Positions 14,723 to 29,629 of a stretch of DNA of 64,000 bases are shown here, piece after piece. Under the pieces are notes generated by a model, which had not been told where the DNA came from, did not search any database, and saw only the letters and a program-made list of their open reading frames with translations. The translations under genes were made by a program, and so were the position numbers. The stretch's first letter is position 1, and each line of letters starts with the position of its first letter. Source of the stretch: Eledone cirrhosa (taxonomy: Eukaryota); NCBI GenBank assembly GCA_964016885.1, contig OZ024740.1, forward strand, positions 347,572,001-347,636,000, in the 5' to 3' direction.

Positions 14723-17257
14723 TGTGTACGTATGCATGTGTGTGTATGATTGTATGTATGATTGCATGTATGTATATGTGTTCACCCACACCTTTCATAA
14801 CCATTGCTTCATTTTCTTGTCGTTTCTGTTGTTCTTGTAACTGTTGTCATAGTTGAACTTGTCCTTATTTTCATTTTCTTTGATTTCTTTCGTTTTTCTT
14901 TTATCTCTATAGTGATTTCGTTGACAAGCTTTTTTCATTCATTTTCTTCGTTTTCTTCATTCAAATGCATTCACACTGGCAGTCTCAGAGACGTACAAAT
15001 ATGGCTTATAAAACTTACCTGAGTAAAGAGCCTTCAGCGCCCCTCTAGCGCCTCCCCCAATCTTCAAGCGCTCCCTAACGTCCCCTTGCTCTAAAACCTT
15101 TGTTCTAGAACATCATGCATCGTGCGAGAAATAGCAACCAAATCAACCTCAAATTACACTTGAACCTCTCAGGAAAAGAAAGAAGAGAATGGTTAATATG
15201 TCCTTAAAATACTTTGATAATTTGGGCAATCAGTGTTTATCTGCGACAAAACAATTACAAAATGACCTAAAATATACTGGAGGATAGCACTTCGCCCTCT
15301 ATCCTCGTGTTAGTTTATGAAATTCAAAGGGTTTCATCTAAGTGGGAAAGCAATTTTCAAAACTTACCAACGTGCCAGTCATGCCACTTTCATTAACGTA
15401 GTCAACAAGCAGAAAGGAGAGCAAGATTATCCACATCTCCTTAAGAAATGATGGTGGGAGTAGATGTTGACGATAGAATATACTGATTACAAGTCCCGTC
15501 TTGCACGTAATAATTGTTAGAAATAATGCCACAATGAAGCAATGCCCAGATAGTGGACGTGTATGTGATGGACGGTTTCATCACCTCACACATCTCGAAC
15601 AGGATCGGTTACTAACAATTGCTGACGATTCCAGTACTGCAATAGCAATACAGTTTATGCTAAATCCCCACTTTTCTAGAATTACTAAATCAATGGCTTT
15701 TGCAAGTTCACAATACTCCACGACCACTTTGACAATATCGTTGAGCGACTCGTAAGCCTAACAACATTTAAGAAGCCAAACATCCAAACTCATTCTCCGA
15801 TTTCCATGTCTGTTGCATTGTCAAAGAGACTAAATATGCGAAATATGACGCACAAAAGGCGAACAAGTCTGTTCATCAATATTGTTGTCCACCCCTGCAA
15901 ATATTTCACTTTCAACCCCTATCTGCCTATCATCTCCGACAGCAGATTGGGACTCCCGTGGGGGAGGTTTCGAGAAGCCGTTGTCCAGAAAGCTGTTTCT
16001 TACTTTTATATCCAGCGATACTGAAACTGCAATGTCCCGATACGTGAAGGAGATGTAGATTTTATAATTGGACAGAAAGACAGCAAGTGATTGAGTCGTA
16101 GAAATTCGGATCTTACTGATGGCTAGCAGATACAGACTTGATGTACTGATTGTCTGAAGTCAACGGATGTACCTGCTTCGACGCCAACGCAAGCCTATGT
16201 GAATTTAGAAAACACAGGCCTAATTGAAACCTGCTGGCTATCAAAAGAGTGAGAAAAGTCATCTACCTTATCTATAGATAATCGGGCATACTATGTTTGT
16301 TTGTCCTAGGAGGGCTCATTAAGATCCATTGCGATTATTTTAAAATTCTGCCATGTCACGTATGAATCTTCGATTAGAGTAATCGAATTGTCTGTATCAG
16401 AAGTCTGTCTGTTTTTGTCTATGGAGTAAATTCATTTATTTGAGCACTATCTGTTGTGTCTATGATTTCGGATGAAGATCAGATTTTGCTAGGCAATAGT
16501 AAAATTGTAATGTGATTGTTGCTGACGCTATTGTTATGGATTTTGCTATTGTTATTATTGCTGTATCACTTCTTTGCGTATCTTCTGTTATTCTATGTAT
16601 TTTTATTTTTGTTGTTATTGATGATGAGGGTGGTCGTTGGCGGATGTTCATGTTGGAGTTTGTGGTGGTCCTGCTGGTGTTACTGGTACTGGTAGCGATA
16701 GTGTTGGTAGTTCGTTCTGATGATAGTGGTACAGGTGGTGATGGCGCTGGTGTTGTGCCAGTGATGGTGTATGTGGAGGTCGGAGTGGTGTTGTGATAGT
16801 TGTAGTGTTGCTGGTAGTTACTGTTATTTCTTTTTTGTTTGAATATTTCACCACGCAGTTTAGTTTTTTTGTAAATATTTCCGATTTCTAAAGATTTGGG
16901 CTTTTATGAAATGTCAGGTGATTTCTCCTACCTCAAATATCTTCACCTTTATCGAGCTCTATTTCTGTTATTTTACTGATGCTGCCTTCTCACCTTTTTA
17001 ATCTTCTTCACTTGAGAAATCAGACAGTGTAAACATTGTCTCCGAATATGTCTGAACTTGTTCTTGCGTGTTTCTACGAATGTTGTTGTGTTCAGGAGGG
17101 CACTTTACCGTGAAATCCTTGAAATTTTTTAATGTTCCCTAAATATCTTTAAAACTTCACATAAGTTGTTTTACACACATACACTTACACGTGCAGACGG
17201 CACACTCACATACTTACACAAGCACACACATAACAGCCGCACACAAATACTCACTGA

Positions 17258-18600
17258 TTTCCATGATTTCCCTTTTTAGAGAGTTAATATGCAGGGGGAA
17301 GCAATTCTTGCTGGGTGATATTTAATTAATTTAAGAAAAAGGATTAGGTAGGGTGTGAGGGAGGTAACACTTGTAAATATTTGATGGTTTGTTGCAGTTT
17401 TAGAAAGGTGCGAATTTCAGGGCATTGAGTACTGGTTGAAATTTATTAATGAAATGTGTTGCCTTATTGGTGCGTTGGATGAAAGTAGCGTTGTCTATGA
17501 ATTTATAAATGGAGAAAATTTTAAAGTTTGGGTGTTGGTTGAGAGCACAATTGGCGATATGTTCACTAAATGCAATCTTTCTGTATTCCTGTATTTTAAT
17601 TTGTGATTTATGGACGGTCATACGTTGACGGAGGCTGTTTTTTATCTGTCCTATATAGTGCTCTAGACAACCTGAGCAAGTCAAAACATAGATAAGGTTT
17701 TCATATGCACATGTAAAGTTGTGTTTAACTGTGAAATGTTGTCCTTGTTTAAAATGGAATTCTATTAGATTTATGCATATGCCACAGTTGGGCCTTCCGC
17801 ATTTTGTTACTGTAGGGTTTATTGTGGAGGTTTGTTGGATTTTGGCTTGTGTGGGATGTTTTTTATGGATTTGGGTTGTCTTTTGCTCTTTATGATGTTG
17901 TGTGTTTGGAGGATATTATTCATTCTTGGGTTTCTTTTTAGTAAGGGAATGTTCTGGAGGATGGTATCGAATGTCTCATTGTTGAGGGGGTTGTGTGTGG
18001 AGATGTATGGTAGAGTTTTTTTGTTGCAGTTCACTCATGGGTTTTGGGTGTCTGAGTTTCTAGATGTCTAGTTTTAGGGCACGTTGGAATCCATTGGTGG
18101 GTAGTTTCTGCTGATAAGTGTGTTTTTTAATTCTTCTAGTCGTGTGTAGCATGTGTTTTTATCTGAAACTATTGTGCAGAACCGTCTGGCTTGGTTATAA
18201 GGAATTGCCATTTCGGTGTGTCTAGGGTGGCACAAGTTGAATGGAAGGTATTGTTTGGAGTCTGTGGGTTTATAGTATATGTCTGTTTCTATTTTGTTGC
18301 TTATTTTCTTGATGAGGATGTCGAGGAAAGGGAGCTGTTCATGGGTGTAATCCATTGTGAATTGTAAGTTAGTGTTGAGCTCATTCAGAAGGGTTTTGAA
18401 CTCAAACAGTCTATCTATACTTTCATGCCAGAGGGTGAAGCAGTCGTCCAGATATCTCTTCCAGTTCTTTTCTATGTGTTAGTAGAAGTGGTTTCCGTAT
18501 TCGTCTAGAGCTTTGCGGTAGAGAATGGTTTCCAAATATCCCGTGACAAAGTTGGCGTATGAGGGACCACTTTCGTGCCCATCGCAGTCCCAGATGTCTG
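17258..18600 (-). mobile_element. Penelope-like element (Neptune-type) 3' portion, degenerate
   Basis: WKRYLDDC, LPFLDI, YYKPTD, CHP thumb, Cys-rich linker, GIY-YIG (LIYVLTC..C..YIGQ). Confidence 0.88.
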
Positions 18601-18898
18601 TTTAACATGTGCGACACCACACTAATACATTTCACAATCATTTGATAATGCATTTAAATGCAGAAACCGGTAATAGACAATAATTAAATAGATAAATAGA
18701 TAAATAAATGCCATTGTTAAATAATAAATAAATCAACTAATACCTTAACACTTCACACAAAGTAAAACATTTCGTTTTAATCATTTTCTAACCCAGAAAA
18801 AAGAGAGAGAGAGACAAAAAAAAGGAAAAAAAATATATTTTTCTTCCTCATAATCGTCTCTTTCTCTCTGTTTTCATATATATATATATATATATATA

Positions 18899-20950
18899 CT
18901 AGCAGCTGAGCCCGGTTGCACCCGGGGCCACTTTTTATTAAGTTAATAATTTGAAAAATATTATTGAAAGTTTATTATAAAGAAGCAGTTTCAGGGAAAA
19001 AAATAGAAATATGCATTTGGGGCTGGACGGCGTACAATGAAAAGTGGGGCGACGTGAAAAGCGTTGTTTATTAACAGCGAAATAGCAATGTCGATGATAT
19101 GCAATTTGAAAAATACTACTTACTGTTAGTGGTGGTTAACATGTATTAGAATTAAAATAAAAACATGCGTCCCTTCTTCGCAATTTCGCCACTTGGTTTT
19201 AGTGTCCTTAATTATCATCAGTCACATTCAATTATTAGCTCCACCCACTAAACGATACGTCACGACACGTCATCAGCTGCTGCTTGATTTTTACATGTCC
19301 ATTTTCTTACATGCTTCATTTTTACACGAAAAAACATTGAATTTTTAGAATAAATATTTTTATTAAAATATTAACAGAGAAAATTAGATTTTTGATATAT
19401 TTTTTGAACAAAATAAATATTTATTTACAGTTTTTCACAGAAAAACTATGCTTCATTTTTACATGAATATTTATTTATAGTTTTTAACAGAAAAAAATTG
19501 CTGCGAAATACATTTTCTTTTTAACACACGATACGTCACGAAGGTAAATGTTTCGAAAAAATGTTAAACTGTATATCGCAACAATATTTTGTTTAAAGAC
19601 ATTTTTTTTCTGTTGTTTAAAACTGTAAATCTGTTAAAAAAAATGTATTTAACCGAAACACTATGCTTCATTTTTACATGAATATTTATTTACAGGTTTT
19701 AACAGAAAAAAAATTGCTGCGAAATACATTTTTTTTTTTAACAGATTTACATTTTTTAACAACAGAAAAAAAAACTTTCTTTAAACAAAATATTGTTGCG
19801 ATATACAGTTTAAAATTTTTTCGAAACATTTACCTTCGTGACGTTTCATGTAGTGGGTGGAACTAATAATTGAATGTCGATGATGATAATTTAGGACACT
19901 AAAACCAAGTATCGCCAAGGGTTTTATTTCTTTTGATGGAAAACAGTGACCGTGCAGCAGAATCGATTTCATAAAACGGTACCGTATGATCGTTAAATGT
20001 AGAAGGATGATAGTTTATTAACAGCGAAATAGCAATGTCGATGATTATGAAATTGTAAATAAGACAAGTATTAGAACAGGGGGAAATAACTCACCGAACG
20101 CGATAGTTTTGGGGCCCCGGGAACCACATTTTTCAAGTTAGAGATTTGAAACCTCATCTATTTGCTTCCTTGACACTTTCTAGATAGGTGTGTAAATGTT
20201 CATGTCAATCCGACCACGTCTATTACCATTTAACCGTGCACATTTGAATTTCAACTACCGCCCATTTCTCGGTATTCATATGGACTGAGTCCATATGAAT
20301 ACCGAGAAAAATAGTTTCACCTTATGCGGATCTTCAGCTCGGACTGATAATGGTTATACGGAACAGGAAAAGGGGTAACAACCATATGAATGCGCATGCG
20401 CTGAAACGTTGACTTACCCCATGCGATAAAAATCCACGGTCGAAATGTGTAAGGGATATAACATCAACTTTCTCGCCAGTTCGTGTTTGAGGGTTCTTTA
20501 TCGTCATTTTCACTTTAAAAAGTGGCTCAAAAATTTTGTTTTTTCATAAATGTAATTTGATTGCTTGTGACTGTCACAATGACTTACATTTATAGAAAAA
20601 CAACATTTTTGAGCCACTTTTTCTGCTTGTTCACGTGACTGAATTGACCAAGCAAATTTCACTCATATATGAAAAAACAATCTGAGCGCCTTTTTTTCAA
20701 AAAGCAAATACAATAAGAGTTTTGTAACGCGAACTGGCGCGAAATTTATTATACTTATTCACGTGAGAGTAATCAACCAACCAAATTACTTTTCTGAAAA
20801 ACCTAGCATTTCGAGCCATTTTTTTCCACATAAAACAGAAGTAACATTCCAACACCAACCAGAAAAACTGTGAAACACGTGATGGACACAAATAAATATT
20901 CTTAAAAAGACTCCAGTTACATTTTCGATTTCATCTTTTCTCCTTATATA
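18899..20950 (-). mobile_element. Second non-autonomous Helitron (unit 2 only)
   Basis: Minus-strand 3' end CCCGG-GTGCAA-CCGGG hairpin then CTAG|T at 18899; internal direct and inverted subrepeats. Confidence 0.6.
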
Positions 20951-20956
20951 TATTAT

Positions 20957-22092
<1,136 letters not shown>

Positions 22093-22430
22093 GTAACTAG
22101 AAATTGATTAACATATAAATATACATGAATAATCTCAGGAGAGAATTTTTGCTCGCGTGTAACCACGCATAGCTAGTATAGGTAATATTTACCTTTAAGA
22201 GTGATTAACCTTCCTTGTATATATCCCATTAAAGAAATATATTTAATCTCCTGTGATTATTCATGTATATTTATATGTTAATCAATTTCTAGTTATTATA
22301 ATATGCTCGGATTTATCTTTGAGCATAATTTCCAGGATATATGGCGCATGCATTATGACATGACACCCATAATTTCGATTTAGATTAAATTAATTTAATT
22401 TATATATATATATATATATTTATGTATGTA

Positions 22431-22461
<31 letters not shown>

Positions 22462-23613
22462 CATACTGCTAAATACATAATTATGAACCACCCATTCATA
22501 CATATGTTTAATTGGTCATATGGTGTGTGTTCAGATAAGCGGTTTCCTGATACCTGAAATTGTGAGTCGGTAATCTTACTCATTTTTTCGCATTTTCTAC
22601 GTGTTTTATTGTTGCTATTATTATTATTGTTGTATTGTAAAAACGTTTAGGACATTTAAATAAATGGGGTATAAACTTGTGAAACAACCCTTGAAATACT
22701 AGATAGGCTGTCTTTTCTTCTTTTCTTTTTAAAGAGTTTCATTTGTTTTCTAGGCTTAATATAGTACAGTACATTATTGTTCGTGAATATTTATGTGTGG
22801 GATACGGGATTGTGTAAAGAGCATATGACCGAACGCGTAAGAGATTCACTTCTTATTTCCATGCTTCCATGTTCGGATCGGCCTCAGACACTTGAAACTA
22901 TATAGCCGGTAACTATATTGTGGAAGCCCAATAAGGGGATTCTGCTACATAGAGATACGCTACATCTGTTTGAATATTATATTTAGATTATACATAGACA
23001 TAGAGAATGCTCAGTCGTATGCCCCATATTACAATTACTACATAATATAGGTAGATATAATTCATTATCATAATGTAATGGTTATGTTACTATTGTTTAA
23101 TCATAAGTTAGACCCATTGAATCAGAACTTCGATCAAAATCATTGCAGCCGTGATCGCCCCATCATTTTGTCCCACACGTAGAGTAATGCCACTATTAAT
23201 TGTAATGCCACTGTTTATTCTGATACCACTGTTGATTGTAACTGAGTCTCGTTTGGGTACTTTTTTAAGCTGTCTCCGGCTGATATTGATCCGCATAACG
23301 TTTATGTTGTGGGTCACAGCTGTTGCACGGGTGTGGCTCAAAAATCTTGTAGATTCATGTGGGAATTCTCTAACTTTATCACATGCTAGTCTTTGCAAAA
23401 TCTTATTTTGACTGCTTTCAAATATTCTGTCTGACTTGAGACAATCTTTGTTTATTTTGTTGGAATTTACACTATGTAATTATTTATATGTATTTTAGAG
23501 ATGTTCACGTTTAGCTCTCATCATACTGACCATCATCATTACCATCATCATCACCACTACCTCTATCATCTTTATCAGCATCATCACCACCATCATTACT
23601 ATCATCTTCACCG

Positions 23614-23648
<35 letters not shown>

Positions 23649-23774
23649 TTCATCATTACCATAATCATTATTATTAATATTATTGCAATAAAAATGATAA
23701 GAATGAGAATGCTGACTATTTTATTTTCAAATTAAAAATGCTTACTTCCGATGTATCGTTTCGTCCATGAACAG

Positions 23775-23898
23775 GAGCTGTCTTGAACACTGCTACAGCA
23801 AAAAGCTGTCCAAGGTGTAGTTTTGCATATCATCCGGTATGTGGCTCTGACGGCGTCACTTATGTAAACAGCTGCTTGTTGTTAACGAAGGCTTGCTT
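23775..23898 (+). CDS. Kazal inhibitor copy 2, exon 2 ([40 protein letters not shown])
   Basis: Same ACAG acceptor and GTAAGT donor context as copy 1; open frame; canonical [14 protein letters not shown] motif. Confidence 0.9.
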
Positions 23899-24001
23899 GT
23901 AAGTATGGGATCTTCATATATAGACGTATACACATCTATTTGGGAAGTGTAGAGAAAAAGTGCCTTTAGACTTACATAAGTAAGCAGAATTTATATGTAT
24001 G

Positions 24002-24049
<48 letters not shown>

Positions 24050-24890
24050 TGTGTGCGTGTGTGTACTGAGAAAGAGAGAAATTGATAGGTAGACAGATAG
24101 AATAGATAGATAGATAGAAAGATAGGTGTATATATATAAACAAAGACTACTTGCACCTTTCCTCATTTAGACATCCGAACATGCAAACCAACATAGCACT
24201 GGCAAAAAGGGTCTGGCAGCTAAGAAAAACACATCACATTGAAGGTGTTTTAAACTTCAATGTCATATAAAACTTGAAGCAAGAAAATAATGACGGTTAT
24301 ATATCCCTCTGTTTTTGCTGTGAGCTGTAGCAGCGAGATTCTTATAGAATACCAATTATGTTTATGAGCTGTTTGAACTCATTGACATACAGAGCGGTTT
24401 CTGGCCCAGGAACAATTAGAAATGTGTGTTAGCGCTCTGAAATATGTTTAATAATATACTGTATGTTTATCTATGAATTTAAGGTTACGTTCCTGGAGCA
24501 CCCACGAAGAGTGAAAAACAGCGAATATTGGACGTGGTCCATAAAGATGCCTATAAACGTCACAATATTACGTAAAATATAATAAAGAACTCCGGAAGAT
24601 GTTTACGATTCCCCGAATGACCGGGACCGCGAATGCCAGTGGTACGCTATACATATATATATATATATATATATTCAATCACATATTTTTTTATTTGTTT
24701 GACCCGAATTACTTGGTCGTTTTTATGGCTATGCGGATGACGGTTTAACCATCGTCTCAGTGTGTTTGGCCTTTAACGTATGTTGTAGCTCTGGTTCGTC
24801 AGAATTATTGAGCGCTTGCCACACATCTCGGAAGTTGTTTTTCGCTAATTCCAAAGCCGAAATACGATTCTCGCTTATATATATATATAA

Positions 24891-26160
24891 ATATATAAAT
24901 GTAAAATTAACACTAAGGACTCAACTTATTCATATATAGGAGCTACTTCTAACCAATTTAAAGTAAGATTTAATACCCACAAACTCAGTTTAAAAAATGC
25001 CGCATTAGCTAATACAACATCCTTAGCTGAAATAATTAATAATTATAGAAAAAAGAATATCGATTATAACCTGACCTGGAGTATGCTCAAAAGGGCCACC
25101 CCTTATCAAAATAATAGATATGAATGTAGATTATGTTCCCAAGAACTTTTTGAAATAATGAAATCTAAGTATATCCTATTAAATAAGCGACAAGAATTAA
25201 TTATATCATGTAATCATAAAATTAGAAGAACTTTTAAATATTATAAACCTAATTAATATATACTTTACAAATTATTATAACAAATTTTTTTTTTAATTAG
25301 TTAACCTATATTCTACTACTAATGAACTGCATAATTTTATTTCCCTTTTACAGCTATCTTTTCCTAAAATTTATACCAATAAGTATACATATAAACTATT
25401 TTAATTTCAGGTTATGAATCTATATTCCTTGTAATCTATATAAATTTGTTATTTCTCACTAATACATTTATCCCCCCCCCCCCCAAAAAAAAAATTATTA
25501 TTTTTTTTTTTTCTTTTCCCTTCGTTTTTAACAACATTCTTCAATTACATATAACTCTTATTTATCATATCTATATGAATTTATATAGATTTATCAATAT
25601 AAATATACCTATCAATTAAATTCATTTATTTTCTTTTTATAGATGTAAATTCCTTATGTTTTAAATAAGATTGATATTTTTCACTAACACATTTATCGTA
25701 AAATTTTATTCTCCTTAGATTTTAACATTAGCATTATTCTTTTATAACATCAAATTTTCGTGTACTTTTCACTGGCTTGACCTATTTTCATCCCCAAAAT
25801 AATCTTTTCATTCAAAATACTCTTTCCGTTCAAAACTGAAGTCTGCTTCCCTCTACCTCTAAATTAAATTTCTATTACTACTATTCTATCATCTTGACCA
25901 CTTACTACCTTTCTATTGGTCAATTCAAAACCTTTTCCCAAACAAACCTATTATATTAAAACTTTGTTGGTTTTTTTCAATGAACAAATATCATTATTTC
26001 TGAAGACAGCATATATATGTGTAGGTATGTATATTCCCTCTGATAGTTTGTAAAAATTTTACATAGATCTATATGATATACATACCAACACAAACATATA
26101 TATCCTAGAAACGATCGTAAAATGATGAATTTTTTAATATAAGGAACTGTTTCTTTGTTT
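24891..26160 (+). mobile_element. Penelope-like (Naiad-type) 3' fragment: GIY-YIG, 3' UTR and hammerhead
   Basis: IYKCKINTKDSTYSYIGATSNQFKVRF...CRLCSQE...LLNKRQE..SCNH, stop ~25256; hammerhead at 25990-26126. Confidence 0.85.
25990..26126 (+). ncRNA. Type I hammerhead with long stem II
   Basis: ATCATTATTT-CTGAAGA-~100-nt imperfect hairpin-GAAAC-GATC-GTA-AAATGAT. Confidence 0.7.
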
Positions 26161-26237
26161 TTTTCATGATTTTATTAATTTATATATATATATATATATA
26201 TATAATATACATATATACATATATATACTTATATATA

Positions 26238-26273
<36 letters not shown>

Positions 26274-26359
26274 TGTATGAATGTATGTATGTATGTATGT
26301 ATGTATGTATGTATGTATGTATGTATGTATGTATGTACGTATGTATGTATATATCAATA

Positions 26360-26851
26360 GGGGGTTGGATGCCATGCTTTCTAGCACAGTTACGTCCCTT
26401 TACAGTCTGAGTTCAAATCCCGCCGAGGTTAACTTTCAATCTAGCTAACTTAGTCATTTACAATACAAACACGGATATGTTGGTATTTGTGTTTATCAAA
26501 TATATTTATTTATATTAACTTGCATATATATATATATATATTACTTTCATTATTGTAATTGCCGAGGTTAACTTTGCCTTTCATCCTTACGGGGTCGATA
26601 AAATAAAGTACCAGTAATACACTGGGTATTTGCTGGCCTTGTGCCTAACGTAGAAACAATTATTTTAATTGCCAGTATCGGTAGAGGGTTGGACGCCATG
26701 CTTTCTAGCACAGTTACGTCCCTTTACAGTCTGAGTTCAAATCCCGCCGAGGTTAACTTTGCCTTTCATCTTTACGGTGTCGATAAAATAAAGTACCAGT
26801 AATGTACTGGGTAATTGCTGGCCTTGTGCCTAAAGTAGAAACAATTATTTT
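26360..26851 (+). mobile_element. SINE cluster (fragment, truncated copy, full copy)
   Basis: Matches to the SINE consensus in intron 2 of Kazal copy 2. Confidence 0.8.
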
Positions 26852-27021
26852 ACTCTCTAATGGTCATGAAAAGTAAATTAATAGTTATTTTTATATTTTT
26901 CAAAAATATTTATTTTGTATGTGTATGTGTGTGTGTTTGTGATCGTTTCTGTGTGCTTTCGTGTGTGTGACCATATGCATGTAATCATGTTACCGTTTGT
27001 TGTTGTTGTTTTTTATTACAG

Positions 27022-27070
27022 CGAGAAACCGGATCTAGTAATCAAACATGATGGTCCTTGCAACATATAA
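27022..27070 (+). CDS. Kazal inhibitor copy 2, exon 3 (FEKPDLVIKHDGPCNI*)
   Basis: TTACAG acceptor, phase 2, KHDGPC motif, TAA 27068-27070. Confidence 0.88.
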
Positions 27071-27112
27071 ACCTGCGAATATCTGTGAATATTTTCGAAA
27101 TAGAGATATATA

Positions 27113-27118
27113 AATAAA
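27113..27118 (+). terminator. Polyadenylation signal of Kazal copy 2
   Basis: AATAAA at the position homologous to 6123. Confidence 0.6.
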
Positions 27119-27206
27119 AAGAGTGAATAAATAAACTGTTTTTGTTCTTTCTAATTCTAAGTAAAATTTATCTATTTGAAAATTACGTTTAAAATATCAT
27201 AAAGAC

Positions 27207-27686
27207 TCTAAACTATAAAAAAGGGAGGAGCGCGGGACTGCGTACGGTTTATAATTGTTTATCCCATTAGTAAAATAAGTTGGATTACTTTGAATAAATA
27301 ATGAATGAATATTACATAATTTATCTACTAAATTTCGTGGCTGTTGATTAAATACATTTTGTTTATTTAAAGATTCACTTCATTAAAATTTCTGAAATGT
27401 CAACACTTCCAGTTGGCGATCGCTTGAATAAACATACTAATTTTCTGTCACTAATTTTTTCCTAATGCAGTTTATATATAATATCGTCTATTTTTAATGT
27501 ATCATCAATTACTTTACTGATTACATAAAGCAGTGTAACACAGTCTTCGTTCAATTTCTGTGTATATTGTCAATTACGATTTTATTTGATGTATCATATC
27601 TACATGTATATATACTTGCGTATAATATCAATATACACACTACACATGCTAGCAGAAAACCACCCTAAGGGTGGTTTTTCTGCTAG
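27207..27686 (+). mobile_element. Short Helitron-like insertion just 3' of Kazal copy 2
   Basis: Absent in unit 1 (~6214); starts TC, ends CCACCC-TAA-GGGTGG hairpin then CTAG|T. Confidence 0.6.
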
Positions 27687-28772
27687 TAACGTTAATGGAC
27701 AAATAAAAAGGAAGATAGAAATATGGGATGTGAAAGTTCTACGTGGCTTGGACAAGTTGACAAAAGCGTTACCTTGGAGATAATTTAAGAGAACCAACTT
27801 CATCAGCTATTTCACCTCAGGAGGCTCCTTAAACAGTTATGGTGCACTCGTTCCAATATTACGGGGTAAACAACTGTCCAGGAACCACGAACAACGAAGA
27901 GCTCAATGGCGGCTTGCACAAAAAGGAAATGGTCCGTTAATGCCTGGTATTTATTGATCTTTTCCCCCCTTGGTTGTGAATCGTGGACCCAAAATTTGAG
28001 GCCGAAGTGATAAGGGTTGCATTGAAGAGATGGGATGTTCTAGTTGAGGTAATTACCTCCCTGAAACGGGAGTAAACTGGAAAGTGGTATCTGAGATATT
28101 CAGAGTTTTCTGACAAGAAAAATACATCAACGTTAAAGTAAAATTCAGGTTCCACAATAGGAGACATTATAACACTAAATGAAGGCAGCTTCGTCTTATA
28201 ACAAGGAACAGATATAACAAAACATAAAAAGTATCAGTGGGATTAATTGAAATTACGAATCCCTTTGTGTGGTTGATGATAGAATTTGTACATAATCAGG
28301 CAACATATACATGATGGTTGCAAACTCTGTTAAGAGTATTGAAATCGCCTGTCAGATTACAGAGTTCGTTGCACTTTTAGGCTACAGCTAACCACACGAG
28401 CCCGTAACAGATCCTGAACAGCAATGCCTGTGCTTTGAAGGTTTTTTAAGTGGGTAAAGTCTTGCACTCGACCAATCCCACTCTCAGAGCATCGAAAAAA
28501 CTATACCAAAAGAAGAACTGGTTAACGTCATCAGATGCTTCCGAAGCTGCAGGTTTTTTTCAGAGTTTTCCTCTCTTAGAAAGGTGTTGTGACAACAACT
28601 GGAGGCGTTTCACTCTCACGTGAAAAAAGTACTAGTCTGATGGCCGTTGACTCCAAATATCCCCTCCTCACCAAGCAAGCTTGATGGGGTTGCCGGTTTA
28701 GTTGCCGACGTCTCGACTATGAGACAGGTTATACTTGGTTACATGTTACTAGTAGCATTCGAGAGCGACCTG

Positions 28773-28860
<88 letters not shown>

Positions 28861-29020
28861 AGAGATTAATTCAGGTATAAATTTTATACTTAAAAAGTGA
28901 CAAAAAACGACAATATTAAACAAAACCATATAAAGAACGTCTGCTAACGACGATGTCGGTGGGAACCATCTACGACAAGTTAAAACCTTATATTTTGTGT
29001 AAACAACTGCACTCCTCATC

Positions 29021-29081
<61 letters not shown>

Positions 29082-29083
29082 GG

Positions 29084-29123
<40 letters not shown>

Positions 29124-29357
29124 CGGGAGAGAGAGAGAGAGAGAGAGACGGGAGAGAGAGAGAGAGAGAGAGAGAGATATAGAAATGATATCACTTATGA
29201 TGTCACAGGTGTGTGATGAAAGAACTCTGAGAGACTATATTTATATATATATTTTTAACTGTTGGCCAATTAATGATAAACATTCATTGCCAGCTGAATT
29301 AATCATCGAAATATAAAATATAGTGAAGCGAAACCCAATCCCAACCAAACAGTGAGT

Positions 29358-29538
29358 GGTGAATTGGCAGTATCGGTAGAGGGTTGGACGCCATGCTTTC
29401 TGGCATAGTTACGTTCCTTTACCGTCTGCGTTCAAATCCCGTCGAGATAAACTTTCATCCTTACGAGTTCGATAAAATAAAGTACCAGTAATGCACTGGG
29501 TTATTGCTGGCCTTGTGCCAAAAGTAGAAACAATATTA
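29358..29538 (+). mobile_element. SINE
   Basis: Full copy; absent from unit 1 at ~7805. Confidence 0.8.
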
Positions 29539-29629
29539 TAACTACATCACCCTCCCCAAATACAATATTTGTTTCAATATATTTGTTTCAACGATTTCAT
29601 ATCAAAAACCTTGCAAAACAAATTCATCG

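Noticed and set aside
15500-16400. Possible ancient LINE RT (minus strand VVVEYCELAKAIDLV resembling LDFAKAFD)
   Set aside because: Too degenerate to support without a profile search
16512-16796. Hydrophobic membrane-protein-like ORF
   Set aside because: Low-complexity GTT/GGT/ATT repeats
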